Shown here piece by piece: positions 56,829 to 64,000 of a DNA stretch of 64,000 nucleotides. Within the stretch, counting starts at the first letter, position 1. Each line of letters starts with the position of its first letter. A program made the position numbers and the translations under genes. The stretch is from an uncultured virus (IMG/VR IMGVR_UViG_2049941000_000098) (lineage: Duplodnaviria > Heunggongvirae > Uroviricota > Caudoviricetes). Under the pieces are notes generated by a model that saw only the letters and a program-made list of their open reading frames with translations, did not search any database and was not told the DNA's origin. The DNA lies in IMG/VR virus record IMGVR_UViG_2049941000_000098, one strand, 5' to 3'.

Positions 56829-57934
56829 TTATTGTATTGTTATTGTTACGTTTGTTCCCATCGGTGTTGCCGCCATGAAAAGGAAAGCGTTGTATTGTTC
56901 GGTCGCCCCATTTTCATACGACATTGTTATTGTATATTCNNNNNNNNNNNNNNNNNNNNNNNNNNNNNNNNNNNNNNNNNNAATTCATTTTTGGTTTCAT
57001 CTTTCAGATATTGGTTGTTACCCGTGACGGCGGTTTTTAAAACACGTCCCGTTGGCATCACAACAATAAAACCATTACCAATGTTCGCCAAAGACAACGT
57101 ACACGCCGCACTCCAATCCCAGTATTCCAACGCCCTTACTGACATATTGTCGGTTATCTTGCTCGACACATTGCCGTAAAACATCTTCTTTGCAACATTT
57201 ATTGTCCGTGTGGCAACCGCCGTGCCACCCGAAATTCTTACATCCGATTCCGTACCGTCATTCTTAACGGGAATAGCCACACTTGCGCCATAATCGGTTT
57301 CCGCGCGAAATATCGTATTCCCGATTGTTGAGAATATGGTTGTGTTTGTCGGAGAAACAATTTCGTTTCCACGCTTGAATATCGTTTCACCTTGTTCGCA
57401 ACCAGCGTTCAGATGGTATGTATAACCGCTTTGTCCGCTAAAATAACCGTCTGTGTATGACACCGACAATGTTTGTTCCAACGATGTACCCAATTCCACC
57501 TTTGTGACCGCCGATGTTGAATTGAGTGTGATTGTCGGTTTGTTCGCGATTACGTCGATTACCTTTGTCAACATTTCCTTTATGACTTCCCATGTCGTGT
57601 GAGGTGTCCCGTCGGGCTTTTTCGCACGAATCCATTGTCCGTCGGAATAGTTACCGACCGTAACACCCATCACTTGAAAATCCTCATTAACAATCTCGCT
57701 CGACAGATTCGCGTACATCTCGTCCGTGATGCCGATATTGTTGCGGGCAACGGATTGTTCGGATTCGTTAAGTTCTTGCGGGACATAAAGCACCGCGTCC
57801 GTCGTCACCGATTTGAGCAACGGTATATCGACACCCAAACGGTTCGGCATGTTCGGCATCTTGACGCGCAACGTACCCGATTGCGTCAAGACACGTACTT
57901 TCAATCTTGGCACTATGTTGTTTTCGCTTGCCAT
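56829..57934 (-). CDS. Fibre/structural protein
   Basis: VLYVPQEL...QSVARNNIG; after the gap reads EYTITMSYENGATEQY...TITIQ-stop at 56829. Confidence 0.65.
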
Positions 57935-58299
57935 TATTGGTTGATACCTTTTTCGGTTGTTATCGCTAAATCAATCGGTTGCCACGCCGTCCACACGTCC
58001 TTGTAACCGTCTTTGAAATGTTCGTTCACTTCGTGGACGCAACAACGGATGTAAACCGTTCCGAACTCCAATGTCCCTGCGGGTATGACACACACAATCG
58101 CGTCATCCTCGATGTAACAGTTCTCGAAAATCGGGGATTCGGGGTCTTCGTCGTTCGGTTTGTCGGATTCCGCCGTAAACAACGATTTGCCCACCTTGAC
58201 CTCAATCGTCAACCAATTACGCGTAACGTCAATCGGCAAACCTTCGTAGTCAATCGGACTTACCTGTAATTCCAAATCACTATCCTTCGATAATATCAT
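57934..58299 (-). CDS. BppU-N-like small structural protein
   Basis: 121-aa beta-rich ORF heading the fibre operon; TAAATTTG at 58316-58323. Confidence 0.5.
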   Translation of the reverse strand: MILSKDSDLELQVSPIDYEGLPIDVTRNWLTIEVKVGKSLFTAESDKPNDEDPESPIFENCYIEDDAIVCVIPAGTLEFGTVYIRCCVHEVNEHFKDGYKDVWTAWQPIDLAITTEKGINQ

Positions 58300-58418
58300 A
58301 CACTTTGTTTTTCTGCAAATTTAATAAAAAAATGCTTTTTATAAATAAAACCGCGTTTGGCGTATGTTATTACACTTTCTTTTGGTATTCCAACGGAGGA
58401 AGCGGCGCNNNNNNNNNN

Positions 58419-58617
58419 ATAAATCAACATCAAACCATCCGTTACCAAACGTATAATCACCAGCATCATACGTACTTATTTGTTGACCATATCCGTTATA
58501 TGTATTGTGTAGATAACCATCTATGATTTCTTTTGTTGGTACAATCAAGTAATCCTCTTCCTCAAAGGCATCATCGTAGTAATGTGTGTTCCTTAACACC
58601 GTGTAATCTGTTCCCAT
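58419..58617 (-). CDS. Small acidic hypothetical protein, 3' end in gap
   Basis: Preceded by the 33-bp repeated leader. Confidence 0.55.
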
Positions 58618-58658
58618 ATCTCTAAAATTTTAAATTGTTAAACAAATTCCAAAATTTG

Positions 58659-58886
58659 TTAATCTTCGTTTAAATACATTTCTTCGTACTCATTCATTAG
58701 AAAATCAACCATATCTTTCTTGAACATATCTACATCATCAATAACAATGTCCCAACCATAAGTAGTTCCATTATGTATTTCTTCACTACAATTATCCACT
58801 CCAGCGTCTACATCATTTTCTATGTATGACTTAACCTCGTCAACATCGTAAATATCACTAACAAAATCTTCAAGGTTTCTCATCAT
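58659..58886 (-). CDS. Small very acidic hypothetical protein
   Basis: 75-aa D/E-rich ORF; 5' end adjoins a gap. Confidence 0.55.
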   Translation of the reverse strand: MMRNLEDFVSDIYDVDEVKSYIENDVDAGVDNCSEEIHNGTTYGWDIVIDDVDMFKKDMVDFLMNEYEEMYLNED

Positions 58887-58897
58887 ANNNNNNNNNN

Positions 58898-59238
58898 AAT
58901 CTCATAAGTTGTTATACCACTGTGTAAAAGATTTAATGTTTGACAATCATAAACGTCGTAAATTTTACCATTACCGTAATTAGGGTTATCAATTCCGTTA
59001 CGCCTACCCAACATAGATTTTCTTTTCTTTTCAATCGTATCTTGACTATATTTATAACCCGACATTCCACCATGACATCGTCNNNNNNNNNNNNNNNNNN
59101 NNNATATTTTTTTATCGCCTTGGTAAGTAAGACCCCACTGCCCAAATAATTATCTTTCGACAAATCTTCCGATGTGTGTTTACCAACGTACTTTTTGCCA
59201 TTTAATTTATTTTCCGTTAAATAAACAATGTATTCCAA
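58898..59238 (-). CDS. GIY-YIG (Seg-like) homing endonuclease with NUMOD3-like motif, fragmented by gaps
   Basis: YIVYLTENKLNGKKYVGKH...YLGSG..L.KAIKKY; GYKYSQDTIEKKRKS...NPNYG. Confidence 0.8.
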
Positions 59239-59244
59239 TATATA

Positions 59245-59712
59245 TTACGCTTTGAATAAATAAACTTTATCTTTTTGACTTGCCATACACATAACATCGA
59301 TATGTAACCACGACACACCGTCTTCAATCCTAACATTGTACGGTAATTTCGATTTGTTCGCGACAATCAGTTTACGCATCTGTTCTGCTGTCATTTTAGA
59401 CGAAACGATGTCAACTGCTTTACCAAAACAATGTTGCGATAGATACAGGACACCCTTATCGGTTTTTTCTTTAACCGTCGGGGAAATGTTTGTACGTAAA
59501 CCCCGTTGTGAGTTTTTGCCACCCCAAGACCAATCGTTGATAACCATCGGTACTTTGAGAATATCACAGCGTAACACTAATACTGTTTCTAAAAGTGCGG
59601 TATCAATAAAATTCCACGCATTCTCACTCCAACGCTTGAATGTCGGTTCGTCAACAAACTCCTGTACTTTAAAATACTTTTTGATTTCCGCTAAAACCTT
59701 ATTTCGTTCCAT
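59245..59712 (-). CDS. Endolysin, peptidase M15-like
   Basis: GLR...SQHCFGKAVD...WLHID zinc ligands; next to the holin; ATG at 59712. Confidence 0.85.
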   Translation of the reverse strand: MERNKVLAEIKKYFKVQEFVDEPTFKRWSENAWNFIDTALLETVLVLRCDILKVPMVINDWSWGGKNSQRGLRTNISPTVKEKTDKGVLYLSQHCFGKAVDIVSSKMTAEQMRKLIVANKSKLPYNVRIEDGVSWLHIDVMCMASQKDKVYLFKA

Positions 59713-60229
59713 TATTCGATTTTTTAGTTGTTTTTTTGTTTTGTTTCTCTTTTTCGTCAACCACCTCTTTAATAAAATCACCTGATGTCATATCAAAATG
59801 ACGGGCGGTTTTGTCAACTAATATCTTTTGCAACATTTTCGCCCACTTCGCATCATTGCAGGACGATATGTTCTCCAATATCGACACAACCTGAATCATA
59901 CAGAACGCGGATGCCGCAAGGTGGGGTAATTTCAAATCGGCGTAAACGAAACAGTATTTGTCGATACCTTGCAATAATAAAATGATTATTGAAATACCGA
60001 ACACCGTCCAACCCAACGATTTCAACCGTTGTGACTGAATCTTTCCGTGTGACACACCTTTGTACTTTTGCGCCACGCGGCGGTTTAACATATACGCCGT
60101 CAGGACATCAATAATTATCGAAGCGAATATCACATACATCACCTCTTCAAGCGGCTCGACGTATGCGGCGAACGCACCGATACCCGCAAAAAACATTCTA
60201 ATCAACCAATCGGACACTGCGTTGTGCAT
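59699..60229 (-). CDS. Holin
   Basis: Three or four hydrophobic segments, DVLTA, SILEN; overlaps the endolysin start. Confidence 0.8.
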   Translation of the reverse strand: MHNAVSDWLIRMFFAGIGAFAAYVEPLEEVMYVIFASIIIDVLTAYMLNRRVAQKYKGVSHGKIQSQRLKSLGWTVFGISIIILLLQGIDKYCFVYADLKLPHLAASAFCMIQVVSILENISSCNDAKWAKMLQKILVDKTARHFDMTSGDFIKEVVDEKEKQNKKTTKKSNNGTK

Positions 60230-60273
60230 AATCCTAATATTTTAATTCTATTTAACAATCTTAACAAACAAAA

Positions 60274-61018
60274 TTAATCATACGATATTGAAACCACAAC
60301 ATTGGGAACCTTCGTCTCTTTATATATTGCGTTAGCCATACTACGGACTCTGTTACCTAAACTCTCCGAACCACTATTGTCCATATCGTCAAGCACACCG
60401 TCTCGATAGTAACAAGTTGCGCCATAACTGTCTCCATACGCTTTAAAGTACCCGTACACACGAATCGTGTCCCTTTCAGTTACATCATACTCAAAGTAGC
60501 TCGCGTCTTGACCGCAGCTGTATAAAATATTTTTCAACTTGGACTTTAACGAGGTCATTTGACTCTTATCCAAGTAATTCCCCATTTTCTTATTAAACTC
60601 TTCCCGTATACCGTCAATGACGTCCTGTGTTATGTAATTTTTGTAATACTTAATGAAATCGGGTTTGTACAACTCAAAGTCTTCGGAATTTATTCTTTTT
60701 TCTTTTCCCGTNNNNNNNNNNCACAACATCCTTTTTAAAGTTTAAAAACCATCCCGTTCCACTCGCTTCTGTGCCAAGTTCAAAAAGTATACTAACACGC
60801 CGTGGTTCTTGCTGTTCAAAGCAAATCTTAAACCCCAAGGATTTACCATCCCCAAGCGGTACTTTGTCAAAATAAGCCGCTACAAGCTTCCACTGTGGGT
60901 AGTCGGTATAAATTGCCGCCGAATAGTCGCCGCGCTGAACTTTCTTAAGCAAAATATTAAACTGCTTCTCAGCCTCGCTCTTAGCGTCCTTAACCCTCAT
61001 TAATCTCTTTAAATTCAT
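60274..61018 (-). CDS. One or two hypothetical proteins (MNLKRLMRVKD leader) split by a gap
   Basis: ORFs 60674..61018 and 60274..60729. Confidence 0.55.
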
Positions 61019-61136
61019 AGCCTTTATATTTTTTAATAATACTTTTCTCCATTTACAGTCTCAATATCTAACGATNNNNNNNNNNNNNNNNNNNNNNNNN
61101 NNNNNNNNNNNNNNNNNNNNNNNNNNNNNNNNNNNN

Positions 61137-61372
61137 TATATTGCAGCATACTCGGTAACCGCTTGAACCGTGTAGGTTTCGTTCATACCCTCGTAACCAA
61201 GACTGACCGTTACGCTAAACCTGCCGTCGCGCACCCAATACACGTCCTTCGCAATCAAAAGGTCTGTCGCAAGCTGTAGCGCGTGCTCCGCCGCCTCATC
61301 CTCGTTCCTTGCATCTACGTCAAGGCTAAAAATGCCGTGAACTCCAAACATTAAACCTACCTCGTATTTCAT
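61137..61372 (-). CDS. Small hypothetical protein, 3' end in gap
   Basis: MKYEV...VDARNEDEAAEHA; ATG at 61372. Confidence 0.55.
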
Positions 61373-61388
61373 AACTCTAATATTTAAA

Positions 61389-62024
61389 TTATTTAACAAT
61401 CTCCACAAACCTTTGTTTCCTAACACTTGAATACGGGTTCGCGTCCACCACATCAATTTTCACCACGGTTTGTTTCTTCTGAAACCAGCGAATAAAAAAA
61501 ATCTTTGACGGTGGTTTTATCGTTTGTTTTTCACCCGACACAATCACGCTTAACTCGTTGTTGAACGTGGATTCCACATCTATTTTGTTCGGGTATTTAA
61601 GTTTCAGGTTCAACACACGCCACCTGTCCGCCAACGTCGTATCTACATTAACGTCGTAATTGAAAATGGTGTCGGTGAAATATATCGAATCGTGTGTTGT
61701 GGTTTGGGTCAATATGTATTCAAGACGTTGGATGTTTTTGTCTTTTATTTTTAGTTCCTTACGGAGTTCGTTCAAATTCCGAATGATACTATCGTTGGAA
61801 TATTCCAACATTTCCTTTGTAAGTTTCAATTCGTAGTTTTTCCCGTTGACGGAATCAAGTTTCGCTGTCACCATTTGTTCATACGCCTTGTAGTTGTTCA
61901 TCGCAAGGGAATAATCGGTTTGAAGATGTTTGTTTTTAGCCAACAGAAAACCGATATACAACACCATCGCGACGAATACTATCGCGATAATCAACGCCAA
62001 TTTGTTTTTTATGTATTCCAACAT
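61389..62024 (-). CDS. Spanin-like lysis accessory protein
   Basis: N-terminal TM helix, coiled coil, FFIRWF...NPY C-terminus; heads the lysis operon after TATATTTG at 62049-62056. Confidence 0.6.
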   Translation of the reverse strand: MLEYIKNKLALIIAIVFVAMVLYIGFLLAKNKHLQTDYSLAMNNYKAYEQMVTAKLDSVNGKNYELKLTKEMLEYSNDSIIRNLNELRKELKIKDKNIQRLEYILTQTTTHDSIYFTDTIFNYDVNVDTTLADRWRVLNLKLKYPNKIDVESTFNNELSVIVSGEKQTIKPPSKIFFIRWFQKKQTVVKIDVVDANPYSSVRKQRFVEIVK

Positions 62025-62081
62025 AATACGTCGTTTTTTATTTGTTCACAAATATACAATAAATTCATTACGGAATGAAAC

Positions 62082-62113
62082 AAAAAACACGAATCGGGTT
62101 GCGGTTCGTGTTT
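62082..62113 (-). terminator. Intrinsic terminator
   Basis: aaacacgaa...ttcgtgttt hairpin plus T-run; same stem as at 35182. Confidence 0.65.
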
Positions 62114-62153
62114 ATAATGTGAATCAAAACNNNNNNNNNNACTTATACAAATT

Positions 62154-63660
62154 TTATCGTTTCCACAATAACATTTTCCGTACTACGTCCAACGTCTGTT
62201 TTTCGTTGATGACGTTCTTATAGTCGGGTGGTACGTTCATTTCCTCCCCCTGTGTGATTTCCATCTGTGCGCATTTCGACGACACCATCACCATTTTGTA
62301 TTCATCGATGTTGCGGCTTCGGAAAATCCAACAATTCAAATCGTCGGGGTACAACGTGTTCTTACGGGTTATCCTTCCCACCAACTGAACGAATATGTGC
62401 GGAACGGTCGGTATGTGAAAAAAAACCACATTATTGAAAAAGTAATACGACACCGATTCGGACGAAGCCCGTGTCCCGAATATCACATACGGACGTTCCC
62501 GTGCGCCCTGTTCCGTCACAACACCGTCCTTTATCACGTCCGACCCCGTAGATTTAAGAAACGTCACGTCCAAACCCAATTCGCCCAAACGTTTTTCCGC
62601 CGCTTCCAACGAACACAGATAATCGAAATACACAATCAGGGATTGTCGTTTTCCGACAATATCACGTATCAAATCCATCAACATATCCATTTTGACACCG
62701 CCCCGACCGTCCTGTGTTCCGTTTTCCGTCAACACCCCGTCCGCCGCCGATTGCAGATATATGAACCGTGACGAATGCGCGTTGATGTCCTTTATGTGCC
62801 GCACCTCGGGCGCGCAAACCGTTTCTTCTTCCAACACCGACTGCAACCATTCGTCGTCATCGTCACCGTCAAGGGTTATCCCGTTCGCGATTTTCCTGTA
62901 AATCGCCGATTCCGATTCCGACAGTATGTAATCCACATAGTGAAACTTAACCGTCAGGAACGATTCGCCCGTTATCACAACGGGTTGGATTTTCGCGCGG
63001 AACGCGTCGGGGTTTTTTATCCCGACTATCTCAATCGCTTTTTTCAGCGATTTGTCGGGGTTGCGTCCGATAACCTTTTCGACGGTCTTACAGTACGTGT
63101 CGCGGAAATGTACGAATCCGCCCAAAAACCACGGTTTCACCAAATTGATGATATTGTATGTGTCAACCAACGAACGGGAAAGGGTCGTACCCGTGATTCC
63201 CCAAAACAACTGTGTATTTTCTATACAATAACNNNNNNNNNNACGCGTGAATCTCGTCAACGACAACCAATGTCTTGGGGTCGGAACAAACCACGCGCAA
63301 CGTTTCGTAGTCCTGTTTAAGGTGTGTGTGTTTGCAATATATGACATCGTGTTTCTTCAATGCGTCGGGGGACTCCGATTTTACGGAATCAAAATCCGCA
63401 CACGACAGTTTGGTAAATTTGTCGATGTCTTTCGCCCACACCCGTTTTGTGTACGCGTTCAACGGGGTGAACACAATCATTCGGTCGGCGAACCCTTTTT
63501 CTTTCAGGTAACAGAATGAATACAACGTTGACAGGGATTTCCCGCTACCCACATGGTCGGTCAGCAACGCACGGCGCATCGTCACCAAACGTTTAACGTT
63601 CGCCTTTTGGTTGTCGAACAGCGTGAACCCGTCCTTCAAGTATATTTGGTTAAATGCCAT
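62154..63660 (-). CDS. SNF2/SF2-like helicase (two ORFs joined across a gap)
   Basis: DHVGSGKS, VVDEIH, ITGT, QLVGRITR. Confidence 0.85.
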
Positions 63661-63838
63661 TTTCTTCCTCCCGTTGTTTTGCTTCTTTGTAAAAATGAAA
63701 CAGGATGACCGATATTGTCCCGTACATCACACCCTCGCCCAACGCGTGCATTTTGTCGATGTACAAACCGTAAATCACAATCGCAACCGCACCTATCGCG
63801 GTTAAAACCCCAAGAATCAAATGAATGTACTTTTCCAT
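63650..63838 (-). CDS. Small two-TM membrane protein
   Basis: 62-aa ORF with two hydrophobic helices. Confidence 0.6.
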   Translation of the reverse strand: MEKYIHLILGVLTAIGAVAIVIYGLYIDKMHALGEGVMYGTISVILFHFYKEAKQREEENGI

Positions 63839-63857
63839 AACTGTATATTTTATGTGT

Positions 63858-63901
63858 TTTGTGTCACTATTGACGCGACAAATATATAAATTATTTTAAT
63901 A
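63858..63901 (-). promoter_or_regulatory. Conserved promoter/leader element (copy 2)
   Basis: 40/44 identical to 12931..12974; TATATTTG. Confidence 0.75.
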
Positions 63902-64000
63902 TTGATACATTGTCGGGTGTTTTTTTTACAAAAAAAACAAGGCGGTGTGTTCCGCCGCCCCATCTTCCCCCAATCGAAATATGTGTTTATGATACTTCAA

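Larger units (their letters stand above)
60248..61410 (-). repeat. Diverged direct repeat of the spanin-gene 3' end (60248-60269 / 61389-61410) flanking inserted genes
   Basis: gtttgtggagattgttaaataa (FVEIVK*) vs gtttgttaagattgttaaatag (FVKIVK*), 19/22 identical. Confidence 0.75.

Noticed and set aside
23310..57934. Diversity-generating retroelement targeting fibre or LRR genes
   Set aside because: No reverse transcriptase and no TR/VR pair with adenine-specific mismatches seen in this window
1..64000. Stop-codon reassignment as in Lak or some crAss-like phages
   Set aside because: Core genes are long and intact in the standard code; TAG and TGA both occur as real stops; breaks coincide with N-gaps
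1..64000. Plus-strand ORFs in the ORF track
   Set aside because: They are antisense shadows of minus-strand genes or N-filled frames, with no recognisable motifs
1..64000. CRISPR array or integron attC array
   Set aside because: No regularly spaced identical repeats; the cassette-flanking repeats differ between loci and are not palindromic

Overview
This is a gapped metagenomic scaffold of a large tailed phage with a contractile tail (myovirus-like), most likely infecting Bacteroidota: TAnnTTTG promoters recur upstream of transcription units and many small ORFs resemble Bacteroides/Prevotella phage families. Essentially all real genes lie on the minus strand and read in the standard code. 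Replication genes are a family A DNA polymerase with a degenerate proofreading domain and an atypical intein, a stand-alone primase zinc finger, a DnaB helicase and an SNF2-like helicase. The window also holds a tail/baseplate module (sheath, tube, tape-measure-like protein, hub, spike, gp25-like, wedge, LRR-tipped protein), a fibre cluster with three glycosyltransferases, a spanin-holin-endolysin module with a GIY-YIG endonuclease, tRNA-Glu(TTC) and many small accessory ORFs. Four observations stand out. (1) Small cargo genes are repeatedly inserted at the 3' ends of resident genes, leaving a diverged duplicate of the host gene's last codons on the far side (3 clear cases, several weaker), which suggests an undescribed cassette-insertion process. 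(2) A basic leader ending in [KR]-[IV]-x-D is shared by many small proteins and repeated throughout an acidic scaffold-like protein, a candidate capsid-targeting/prohead-protease signal. (3) An enlarged ~164-nt tRNA-like cloverleaf lies next to tRNA-Glu. (4) The PolA intein ends in Lys-Asn. N-gaps split many genes, at least two blocks appear mis-ordered, and one 133-bp high-GC fragment looks like contamination. All functional calls come from motif recognition by eye, not database searches.
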